This document shows, piece after piece, positions 12,501 through 23,600 of a stretch of 64,000 nt of DNA. A model generated the notes under the pieces. That model was not told the DNA's origin and did no database searches. It worked only from the letters and a program-made list of their open reading frames with translations. How positions within the stretch are numbered: position 1 is the first letter of the stretch; each line of letters starts with the position of its first letter. A program made the translations under genes and the position numbers. This DNA is from Lepidodermella squamata (lineage: Eukaryota; Animalia; Gastrotricha), in NCBI GenBank assembly GCA_047495785.1, contig JBLDXI010000009.1, forward strand, positions 2,232,001-2,296,000, written 5' to 3'.

Positions 12501-13757
12501 CGTCCAGTTTTGCCTTTCTCTGTTCCATTCTTCGTACACGACTCGCAACGGACCAGTACATCGCCAAACTCTTCGACTATTGAAAAACAAGGCGAAAGAG
12601 TGAGAATTCGAGAAATTCCTTTTGCTGATATGATAAGTGTTCGGAGCGCCTGCCGTTCAGCCTCTTCAGTCACATCGACACTTGGTAGAGGTACCACTCT
12701 GGCTCCGGTTGACGATTGTTTAGTGGCACTTTGTCCGGAAGAAACACTAACATTTCGAAGGCTTTGTTGGAGAACGCGAATCTCCTGCAACAACTCATTG
12801 GCCTTTGAATTGGTTATCGTATCTTCATTCGCTGAATTACGACTAAGATTGGATTGCCGATCAGTCGGTTCGACACTCGAGCTTCGAGATACCGCCGAAT
12901 GTGGTCCGGCCATCGACATGCGACTAGATGGAAGCATAACATCACAGTTGAAAACGTCGTCGTCATCAGCTGCAGTTGCTACATCAACAGGGTTTTCGTT
13001 GGTGGAAACCGACGATCCAGTGTCACTCACGGATGCCAAAGACGGTAGCGTAGAAGACGTGGTCACAGAATTAGTTGTTAGAGCTGAACTTGAACTAGCC
13101 GACGCTAAAGAAGGCAGCGTAGATGAAGTGGCCATGAGCTGAGCTGAGCTTGTACTACTTGCTTGTAATTTTTGAGCAGAGCTTGCACTACTAGCGAACG
13201 ATAGCTTGGTTTGCTTGGCCTGCTCTTTCTGCCATTCTTCCGGATGAACTGCCTGACGATGGCGATCAATGTGCTTCCGCATCATCGGTTTTCCACAGTC
13301 TTTACAAGGAACTTTTTCCTGGTTTGGCGCAACTCGATTCATTTTATTAGCAACAAGTAAATCAAAATGCTGGTGAACTATATAAATAAATATTAAAATA
13401 AATTAATTTCCTCGACAAATTTTCTATAACAAAATTAAATTAAATCAAAACAGCAACACTTTTCAACAAAAGCAAATTTTAGCTGGCACCCTCGTAATAG
13501 TCTAAATAAAATACCTTGTATTTATGCCAACGAGAAACAAGTGACTCATGTCACTCTTTAAACAAATAACAGCATATGGTGTTTGGTGGGCAGATTTTGC
13601 GCGATCGTGGGTCAGAAAACATGTTTTCCTACCCTGGCCGGGAACCATCCGCGTTGTTGCCCCGTGCCACTATGCTCACAAGCTGGCTTTCCTAGTCGGT
13701 CAGCACGTCCATTCCGAGACCCACCGCAATCTCTGGAACAAGTTGTACTACCTGTGA
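6528..13757 (+). CDS. piwi: Piwi-clade Argonaute (848 aa reconstructed); last exon disrupted by a hAT insertion
   Basis: Exons 6528-6798, 6858-7069, 7172-8224, 8292-8474 and 8847-9561 plus 13645-13757 join in frame with GT-AG introns once the element and one TSD copy are removed. N-terminal [10 protein letters not shown]; PAZ ([25 protein letters not shown]); MID-PIWI ([39 protein letters not shown]|[23 protein letters not shown]). Confidence 0.95.
9554..9574. repeat. Left TSD (GCCGGGAA) and left TIR of the hAT element
   Basis: gccgggaa|cagggcaggaaaa seen directly. Confidence 0.95.
9562..13636 (-). mobile_element. Autonomous hAT-superfamily DNA transposon (4,075 bp) inserted in Piwi exon 5
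   Basis: 8-bp TSD GCCGGGAA at 9554-9561 and 13637-13644. TIRs CAGGGCAGGAAAA / TTTTCCTACCCTG (13 bp, 1 mismatch). Encloses a transposase gene. Confidence 0.95.
9728..13342 (-). CDS. hAT transposase (ZNF862-like motifs), 6 exons, 940 aa, open frame
   Basis: Exons 13342-12428, 12369-12261, 12201-11848, 11797-11441, 10867-10532 and 10479-9728 splice in frame via GT-AG introns (2823 nt). N-terminal C2H2 finger (CKDC..HRQAVH), second CxxC..H..H finger, [41 protein letters not shown]. Minus-strand AATAAA at 9694-9699. Confidence 0.9.
13624..13644. repeat. Right TIR and right TSD of the hAT element
   Basis: ttttcctaccctg|gccgggaa seen directly. Confidence 0.95.
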
Positions 13758-14418
13758 GCTAATCGAGTGAAATCAAACGAAAGAACAGTATTGAAAGTAC
13801 TGTTTCGAACGTATATCATTTGCATGTCTTGTTTTTTTCTGAGCTCAATGAATTTTGTGAGTCAGTTATTATTTTGACTGTTTTATTCCAATCAGTATGT
13901 GACTCTTGTCTCTCAAACTTGTGCTCAAATTGTTATAGTGATATTGATATTAATTCTTGCCATGTATATAACATTAATATACTTAACTTAAATTAACATT
14001 AACAAATTTATATACCTACCTATATCTCAAAAGGTGTCTCACGTTGTCTATCAGTATTATTTGCCAAACTGGTTCATGAACTTGCGCCGCATATCTCATA
14101 TAATTTGGGAAACAATAAATGATTTTATCGATTGTTAATCGAATGTCTTCTTGATATCAAGTTTTTTGTTTCACTTCGATATTGATGATTGCCTTGCTGA
14201 TTCATGACCAGCAATTCAATACCTACTTATAGCTTGTGCAAGGTCCGACTAAACTGCAATATCATGTGAATATCCCATTCTCACACATTTTCAAATGAGT
14301 TGATGGGCATGCCTTACATTGGATTATAAAAAGATTCAACTTATTTAATGATGCAACAGCTTTTCTCGAGTTGCGTTTCAGTGAAAGCCTTGCCCTATTT
14401 GTTTCGCCAAGTTCTTGC

Positions 14419-15743
14419 ATGCACAATTCAGAAGATATAGTGGTGCCGGCAGATTTGCGCGTGAGCAACTCCGGAGTCGAGCACACTCATTTAGGATCGG
14501 CAAGTATTTGTTAAATTTTTAGATTTTTTCTAATAACTAACTTTCAACAGATCCGACTGTGCAGATCTTTATCAATGCAAGAAGTGCTATTTTTCGTATT
14601 CGGATGCTCATTGGTTGTAGTTTCAATCGCGTTCAGCCTCGCTGTCATCATCACTTATGCCCAGCATACGTCTGACGAAAGTTTCCAACACTTTGTCCTA
14701 TCGATTGTGGTTTTCGTCAACACAGGTTTCATCTAAAAAATCGAAATACATATCGGCATTATTTTTCAATTTTCAGCGATCTGTTTATTCTACGTTATCA
14801 ACGGGATAATTGCTGAAAATCCGTTTTCGCTCATAATTTTCTCAATCTGCAGTATTCTTCTGTTGTTCTATGCCATTGCTGATTTTGCTGATCACTGCGC
14901 CGATGTTCGAACTTCTTGCGCTGAGAAGAACAGATTAGTAAGTTGACGGATTGAACCTTTCAAGTAAAAAATGCCCGAGACATGAAATATTCAGTCTAGA
15001 GTGATCTTCTCAGCCCTAACATCTCTTCCTTCAACATTTGCCGGGCTAAGATTGTCAAAGCGTTACGTCAAACATGGCAGTTTTATTTTCCGAGTTGTGG
15101 GCGCCGATGCGAATTTGCAAACAGGATGTAAGGTGTTATACGGAACATTCGGAACGATGAGCCTGGACCTTCAACTTCAGGTAATTGACCTAATTTGTTG
15201 CTTGAATCAAGTTACAATCTTAATTTTTTCAGGTCAGCATGGTAATTCTGATGATCGCATCTAACAAAGACCGATCTTTGAGCGTTTGGGAAATCAATAT
15301 TCTCACATTTGGCATTATTTTGAATATTTTATGGACAGCAATTCTCTACATAGCAGTATTTATTTTAAATTTACCCAGCTAATTTTTATTCAATTCTTTC
15401 GTAGATAAGGAAAGAAAGCCTGAGAACTGTTCTCGGGTTAGTTGTGGCATCCTTAGCCTCTTTCGTCTACAATAGCTACCGAATCTGGCTAGCAACTTAC
15501 AATCTTCACACCCTCGACCAAAATTTGTTGAGCACAATCGCTATAATTGTCGGCTGTTTTGCGATTGTGGTTCGATCAGGCCTCATTGTTTTGCTTTATT
15601 TCTGCTGGACTTACGTTTTCAAATGCGACTTGATTCCCCGAGGTAAGATTTTCAATAATTGTTAAATTTCGCTGGTTTTATGAATTTTTTAAGTTTTCTC
15701 GAAGCAATCGAACAGAGTGGCTGATATCAATTCTGATTCATAA
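14419..15743 (+). CDS. Uncharacterised ~8-TM membrane protein, paralog A (possibly UPF0658/DUF7789-like)
   Basis: Spliced gene MHNSEDIVVP... with family motifs ENPFSL, FIFRVVGADANLQ and LDLQLQ. First intron is GC-AG (14500-14550). Family name is tentative recall. Confidence 0.75.
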
Positions 15744-15995
15744 ATTTTTACCGACCTATTATCTCCATGCATGCGGTTGTGGATTAATCTGTGGAATCTT
15801 GTGCGTTGGCGATGGGTTTTCCCGTATCTCATATAGCGTGAACCGAATACTTGGCACCTACGCCATTTCTATGGTTTGGCCTTCATATCTCTCGAGTTAT
15901 CTCTTCTTTATCATCATCTTTTATAACCGGCTTTTCGCAAAATTAAACAGCTTGCCTTTCATTCTAGAGGCTTTTTTATATGTAAAAATTGCAGC

Positions 15996-17503
15996 ATGCT
16001 AAGCGGAAGTTACAGGGACGAAGACGTCGTACTGCCCGAAGGCCTCAGGCTGCGACCCGTCGAACCGGTTCAAACTAAATTTGGAACAGTAATTTATTCA
16101 ATTTTCGCTAGTAAATATTTAAAATTAATTTCTATTCAGATTAGAGGATGTGGCTCCCTCAGCAAGCTCGAAATTGTCTTCATTTCAGTCGCCCTACTCG
16201 GCCTGGCTGCTTCATTGGCGTTTTCAATCGAGAAAATTGTATCATCCCAGCAAATGGATGCGGATGAAGATTTTGTGTTAGCATTGGTTTTAACTCTCAA
16301 TATTGGTATTTTCCCATCAAATTTAATTTTTTCAAATTCAATTTAATTTTTTCAACAGGTTTTTGTTTTATCTACGTTGTCGATGGCCTGTTGACTGAAA
16401 AGCCGTACGAGTTGATAATTTTTTTGATCGCCGACCTTATTGTAACGAGCTACGTCATTGGAAATTACGCATTCCGATGTGTTCAATACGAAAATTCGAA
16501 TTCTTCCTCGAATTCCACAAATGGTACCTACTACGATATTGGCCATTTCGAGCCATTTCCGCTATTCGATGATGAATCTACTTCAACAATGATGCCAGCT
16601 ACGCAGGTAACCGGCGAAACGGGGACAACTAGTGAAATAACGACTACGCTACCGGGTAATTGGACTACAAGCATGCCGACTACAACGCCGGTTGATAATA
16701 TCAATTACTGCGCAGACGCGGTGAAAATTGTGAGAAAATTATACACCTGCCAATTATAGCCATAATGAGTAATTTTTCGTTAATTAGTCGCGCCTGGCTT
16801 TGACGGCTTTACTGAGCCCGCCAGCGATTGCGCTTGGAATTGTTATCGCCCGAGACTACATTGAGAAGGGCGAATTTGTTTTCCGCGTGGTTGGAGCAGA
16901 TGCTGTTCTTCAAAGGGCTTGTAAAATCCTGTTTGGAGCCATTAGCATTATTAAGCTGGATTTACAGCTTCAAGTTTGCAATATCGAATCATGAAAAATT
17001 GAGATTTGAAGATAATTTTTTTTAGCTGTCAATGCTGATTTTGATTCTCCATCAAGATATCGATCACATTGATATAACTGAAATTCTGATCCTTGCGATT
17101 GGTGTGCCGTTTAGTGTGATTTGGGCTATTGGATCTTACTTTTCGGTAATTTTCGGATTTCCTCGAAATTCTTGGCCTAATTGTTTTAAAATTATAGCTT
17201 CGAAGAGAAAGCAAGACCATTCTACTTATCGTTGCTTTGACTTGTTTAATCGAGCCGGCTTACATTGTTTTTCGAATGACTTTGGCTGGCAAGGAGATTA
17301 TCACGTTGGACCATAAACTGCTCAGTGTTATGACTTTCCTATTTGGTGCGGGAGCGCTGTTGGCCAGACTCATTCACATGATTCTTCTTGGCCTATGTTG
17401 GCGGGGCTTCAACCGTGGATTGAAAGATCGAGGTTAGAATTGATGTTATTTAAAGATTACCTACGCTAATTTTTTCATTTTTTTAGTATGGTATTCGAAC
17501 TAA
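15996..17503 (+). CDS. Uncharacterised ~8-TM membrane protein, paralog B
   Basis: MLSGSYRDEDVVLPEG...; EKPYEL, FVFRVVGADAVLQ, KLDLQLQ, EPAYIV. Intron positions match A, C and D. Thr-rich loop. Confidence 0.8.
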
Positions 17504-17638
17504 AACGAGTTTATGAGACGAAACGGGCTGTTTTTTGCTGCTTTTATATTGACTACATTATTTTATGGCTCTGTGCAATGATATTTTATGCCAATCATGT
17601 TAACAAATGTTATATCGTGAAACGGTTTTATTGATTTA

Positions 17639-17669
17639 CTAGAAAAGACGGGCGCGCGTACCGCGCGCC
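17639..17669 (-). other. Helitron 3' terminal hairpin and CTAG end
   Basis: Minus strand reads GGCGCGCG-GTA-CGCGCGCC (8-bp stem), then 8 nt, then CTAG|T. Confidence 0.9.
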
Positions 17670-18852
17670 TCGTATGTTACTAATTGGCGTATACTTGTTA
17701 TTTCAAAATTAAGCAAATTAAAGCGGAAGAAGGGTTTTGAAAAACTTTTTTTATTTACAAAAAACTTCACGGTACACAATGTTCCGAGTAATCGGCAATT
17801 CAGTCGCTGGCCACTTCTTCACATAGCAGTAGAGATTTCGCGGGTCGGTGACGCGAGATAAGGCAACGTACAACTGTCCGTGGGAGAAAACCTCACTGTG
17901 ATGCAGAGAAAGACCAACGAACTGAAAAGTTTGTCCCTGACTTTTGTTAATTGAGCAGCAGAAAGCTAACCGCACCGGAAACTGGCGGCGGCGAATAGCG
18001 ATCGGCACTCCCTCTTGGTCTGAGATCAAAGGAATTCTCGGAATTTGAGCCAAATTGCCAGCGCATGCCCCAGTCAATATGCGAGCTTCCAAGACGTTCT
18101 GTCGCATGCGGGTAATAGTCAGCCGCGTGCCATTACAAAGGCCGGATGAGGGGTCCAGGTTGCGCAGCAACATGATGGGCGCGCCGATCTTTAAAGTCAG
18201 CCGATGAGGAGGAAGACTGGGCGGGGTGAAACTGTTGAGAACTTCTGTGGGATAGAAAGGCTTGAGATTCGGGTTCTCGACGGAATCGCAACTCAGGAAG
18301 ACCTGTTCTTGTTCGGGGACGGAGCGCAATATCTGGGAAAAAAACAGTATTGGTAATGGCAACAACAGACCGCCGACAAATTCCTACCTCAGCGTTAAGG
18401 GCATCCACCTCGTCGTTACGTGCGGCAAGGATACATCGTTCCGACAAATATTGAGGTCTGCGATAGCCGCTTTTTACGTCACCATAAACGGAGTTTATCA
18501 GGTCGGAAAGCCTTTCGACACAATTAATCGGTTCCGGGAGGGAAATCGTTTCAAGATGAAGTGGATCGGGTCCTTTAGCGACACCGTCCCCAACCGACAA
18601 TAGCCAAGGTGCGAAAGAGGAAACCGCAGGGTCGGTAACGACGCGCATGTTTTGACTCAGAGTGAGCTGTTTCACGCGATGCCAGAAAACCGATCGGGTT
18701 AAACACTGCTCAACGATTTTATGACGACCGCCTTTCGGTACAACAGGCAGGCACTGCCTGAAATCTCCGCCAATAACCGTCGTAATGCCTGTGTTGTGAA
18801 GTGGAGAAAGTTATTGAAGGAGATTTTAGTAAGTAGTAAACCTACCACCAAA

Positions 18853-20039
18853 AAGGGCGTCGTTCTTCCGGATGTCTTGTAGTGTTCTGTTGACAGCTTC
18901 GAAAGTGTACCGACTCATCATGGGTCCTTCATCCCATACGATGAGCTTAGCGCGCCTGATGAGCTCAGCAACGGAACTGCGTACAGATATGGCACATGTC
19001 GATGATTCATGAATGTTGATTGGTATTTTGAATCGATAGTGCGCCGTTTTACCACCTGTCAATAGCAGAGCTGCTATGCCTGATGAAGCACACGTTCCGT
19101 TCCTAGACGCTTGCAGAGCGCGTCATTTGGTCGAGAACGAGGACGAAGTCGAACACAGCATGATAGAGGCATGCCAATTTCAAATGCCTGTCCAACTGAG
19201 ACGTCTCTTTGCTACGCATCTGCTGTACAGCAATCCGACAAATCCTCAGAACATTTGGCAACAGTTCGAAGTTAACTTATGCGAAGACTTCATGTATGCC
19301 GAAAATTTGACCTTCGTTTCCGATTACGTGCGGAACAAAGCCCTTTCCGAAATCGAAAATTGTCTGAATCAACACGGGAAATCGTTGTCCGATTTTCCAG
19401 ACATGCCATTGGTCAACAATGACTTGGTTACCGCTGCAGTTATGCGTGAAGAGACCGATTATGATCGAGAAGCATTGAAGGTTTTCGTTAATGAAAAGTC
19501 CGAACTCTTAAATAACGACCAGCGTGTTGCGAGGGATGCCATTGAAAATGCCATCTTCAATGATGATCCTCAAGTTTTCATGCTAAATGCTCATGGCGGC
19601 TGCGGCAAAACATTCTTATTCAACTTGCTTCTGGCTAAGGTAGTATTTCTTGATGTTATATCATAACGGTTCAAGTAATTTGTTGTCTTTATTTAGGTTC
19701 GCTCTGAAGGTCATGTTGCTCTCGCGTGTGCTTCATCAGGCATAGCAGCTCTGCTATTGACAGGTGGTAAAACGGCGCACTATCGATTCAAAATACCAAG
19801 GGCGTCGTTCTTCCGGATGTCTTGTAGTGTTCTGTTGACAGCTTCGAAAGTGTACCGACTCATCATGGGTCCTTCATCCCATACGATGAGCTTAGCGCGC
19901 CTGATGAGCTCAGCAACGGAACTGCGTACAGATATGGCACATGTCGATGATTCATGAATGTTGATTGGTATTTTGAATCGATAGTGCGCCGTTTTACCAC
20001 CTGTCAATAGCAGAGCTGCTATGCCTGATGAAGCACACG
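18853..20039. repeat. 242-bp direct duplication (18853-19094 = 19798-20039)
   Basis: Identical MTGGKTAH...DIRKNDAL ORFs at an offset of 945 nt. Confidence 0.92.
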
Positions 20040-20666
20040 CGAGAGCAACATGACCTTCAGAGCGAACCTAAATAAAGACAACAAATTACTTGAACCGTTA
20101 TGATATAACATCAAGAAATACTACCTTAGCCAGAAGCAAGTTGAATAAGAATGTTTTGCCGCAGCCGCCATGAGCATTTAGCATGAAAACTTGAGGATCA
20201 TCATTGAAGATGGCATTTTCAATGGCATCCCTCGCAACACGCTGGTCGTTATTTAAGAGTTCGGACTTTTCATTAACGAAAACCTTCAATGCTTCTCGAT
20301 CATAATCGGTCTCTTCACGCATAACTGCAGCGGTAACCAAGTCATTGTTGACCAATGGCATGTCTGGAAAATCGGACAACGATTTCCCGTGTTGATTCAG
20401 ACAATTTTCGATTTCGGAAAGGGCTTTGTTCCGCACGTAATCGGAAACGAAGGTCAAATTTTCGGCATACATGAAGTCTTCGCATAAGTTAACTTCGAAC
20501 TGTTGCCAAATGTTCTGAGGATTTGTCGGATTGCTGTACAGCAGATGCGTAGCAAAGAGACGTCTCAGTTGGACAGGCATTTGAAATTGGCATGCCTCTA
20601 TCATGCTGTGTTCGACTTCGTCCTCGTTCTCGACCAAATGACGCGCTCTGCAAGCGTCTAGGAACG
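19098..20666. repeat. 702-bp inverted repeat (19098-19799 vs 19965-20666), 165-nt spacer
   Basis: The + ORF 19076-19666 reproduces the C-terminal part of - ORF 20098-21585; junctions located by eye. Confidence 0.92.
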
Positions 20667-23600
20667 TAGGGTGAAGGACTCCATCATGTATTCGCAGGTT
20701 CTCATAGGATACTGGCCCTTTAACGACATGCAGGAGCAGTCGAAGATGATACAAATCACTGGTAGGTGGACACGTAAAAATGCGTCCGACTTGACCGTCG
20801 CCACGTTGCCGACTATGCCACGATCGCTCATCTGAGTTCCAAGTATAATGTTCGCAAACTTCGAGATAAGTTAACGATCGTGCGAATTCATCTTCTTGAC
20901 ACAATTCGAAGAAGGCGGTTAGTTTAGTTCGGGACTTCTTGGGATCGAGTTGCACTTGCTGTTGGTTTTCCTTGAAACAAATTCGCTGCTGCCCTGGAAG
21001 ATGGAGATCCAAACGGCAGACACTTGGAAATTCTTCGTGAAGGGAAAAGCCGACAATGCGCCAGAATGCTTCAGACGTGGAGACGTAACGCGCATCGCGA
21101 AACTGCTTGATTTCATCCACGGGTTTGCTTGGGTCGTCAACAGCCACCAGGGCGCGGTCGTGGCCTTTGTACACGTATTTATACAAATACTTCACAGCCC
21201 GGATGCCACTACACACCTCCACGTTAATGTGGCAGTCGTACTTCAGTAGAAGGAAAGAGTTATACGGAACGACCCATCGATTGTCGACTAATGCACCATG
21301 ACATTCGGCAACATTGCCGTCGTCTCGACGTTTGTAAGATGGATAACCGTCCTTGCTGCAAGTTGTTTCTTCCGCAAACGGCTTGGGGAAATTTTTTGTA
21401 CATTTCCCATTGTCGAGACACCGGGCGTCACAGGGTCCGTGAATCATACAGCGTGTGACGATAGCATGGAGACGCGGATGTGTAGTTTTGTTCGGAATCT
21501 CTGCGGATATGACTTTGTCGAATTCTTCGGGCGACAACGGGTTATCTTCTTTCGCCATTATCAGCAAGAGATGACAGTGTGGCAAACCGCGTTTCTGAGA
21601 AATCCGAATATAAATTCAAGTTATAAAGATAACAAAATACAAAACATACCTGGAATTCAATAACATGGATGTGGCAAGCGACACGACCGAAGATCTGACG
21701 CTTGACGATGTCATTGAGTATTTCTTTCAACTTCAAGCGAAAGACCCTGGCGCACAAATCCGGTCGATCTGACGCCTTCTGTGTGGGTCGGCCACTACTA
21801 TCCTTGTGTAACTCGTCCTGAATTTCCTTCCAGTTGGGATTGCAGGTGATGGTAATAAAGAAACCTGGATTGCCGAAGTGTCTAACCAAGGCCATTGCAT
21901 CCTGGTACGTCTGTTGCATGAATCTCGGTGACCCGATGTAACTGGATGGAAGAACGACACGTTGACCAATGTTACTCAGATCACGTTCGCCGGAATTAAT
22001 GGCATCCATGAAACCTGTTCAAATTTAATGATTCAGTTTGATATTAAGAAAGTCGCTTAAATAATTAGAACCGAAGGAATACCTTTGTATAGATCTGCCC
22101 GAATCTTATCTTGATTACATTTGAGGAACAACAATCTGCCGCTTTCAACCTTCAGCCATGCGTCAACAACGTACTCCTGAAAGAGGCGGCCATACAGCTG
22201 TAGATGCCCGCCTCGAACCATGAGCCTGTAGCAGTAATATTCCATTGCCGTAATTTGTTTCCCTTTAAACCCAGCAGGTACTGGAATCGCGGGGCTCCAT
22301 CCTAACTCTCCTCGGGTACAAATTAGAGGATATCGCAGAGGATCGTAGTTTGAATTGATTTCGCTTATCCGGAATAGGCTGCCAGCTCGTAATCTCAACA
22401 TAATGTCGCGTGTCTAGTACAAAAGTTGAGAATTCTTTTAAAAATAAATTTGAGAAACCTTACCTTTGAAGGATCATAGCCGTCCTCAGGTATAATTGCT
22501 GCCAGTTCGTTGGAGGTAGGCAAGTTGTAACGCCTACGATCGACCTCGCGATCTGTTTTCAGAATTAGCGTCAAATTGTCGCGGCTCTTGAGCAGTTCGT
22601 ACGCGAACTTGTAGGTATGAACAAACGGATTAACACTGTGCATGATATCTTGCAGCTGCGATACAATTATCGGGTTAAGATCGGGTAAATGAGATAGTCG
22701 ATTATTCAGCTCGTTATGGGTATCGTAGATGTACAACTGAGCGAATTTGGGAGGCTGGCCAGCAACCGGCTCAAGACCACCGTGAAAATGGCGCATTTCC
22801 CCTTGCACACGAAAGTTGAAACATCCATTTCGCCCGTTTGCTACGCTTTCATCAAGCTTCATCCCCATCGATGTGAAAGAAAAGGCGTTGTTGTAAGCAC
22901 GGATCATCTCTCGGAATTCCTTAGCTGTAGCATCATTGCTGGTGAGTAGGTTGCGTAGTGCATCTGGCGGGTGATGAAACTCCGGAAATTTTACTTTACC
23001 ACCGCCACAGCAGAGCTTGAAGACGGGAAAGGCTTTCGAACCACTACTTTTCTCGTCGAGCCAAAATTTGGCGCCGCAATGATTGCATAGGTAGTTCATG
23101 CCACCGAGATTGTGAGTTTCGGTGTCATCGGAAACCAATCCTTTCCGAGCAAGTCTGTATGTTCTTTTGGATGGTCGACGAACAGCTTCTTCCGCCTCTT
23201 GACCTAAAGATCAGAAAGTAATTAGTAAAAATAATATTCATCGGGGTTGAGGCTTACCAGGGTCAAAGGTTGGATGAATTTCTTCATCATCAATTGAGCG
23301 TTGAAGCATTTCGAAAATTTCAGGAGGAAGATGCTCATCTTCATCAACATTACTGATAATCTCTGGCGGCTGTCGGTTTTCACTGTTGGGCCGTCGATGT
23401 ACTTGTTGTACAGGTCGCGGCGAAGCCAGCGGTGACAAAACAGACACTGGGCGTATCACTTGACGCATTGTTGGTCGAATCGGAGTAGATGAGAGGCTTG
23501 CAGACCTTGCTCGGGGAGGAGGTGCAGGCGATGATGGATGGTAGATTTCAAAATATCGAGGCGGAGCCCAGATTGGTGGGCTGCATAAGTCTGGAGAACC

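Noticed and set aside
13548-13757. 69-aa ORF as a separate small gene
   Set aside because: It is a chimera of the hAT right end and the displaced Piwi C-terminus.
19076-19957. Plus-strand helicase-like ORFs (196 aa and 66 aa) as independent genes
   Set aside because: They are the inverted copy of Helitron sequence 19965-20666; their starts are created by rearrangement junctions.
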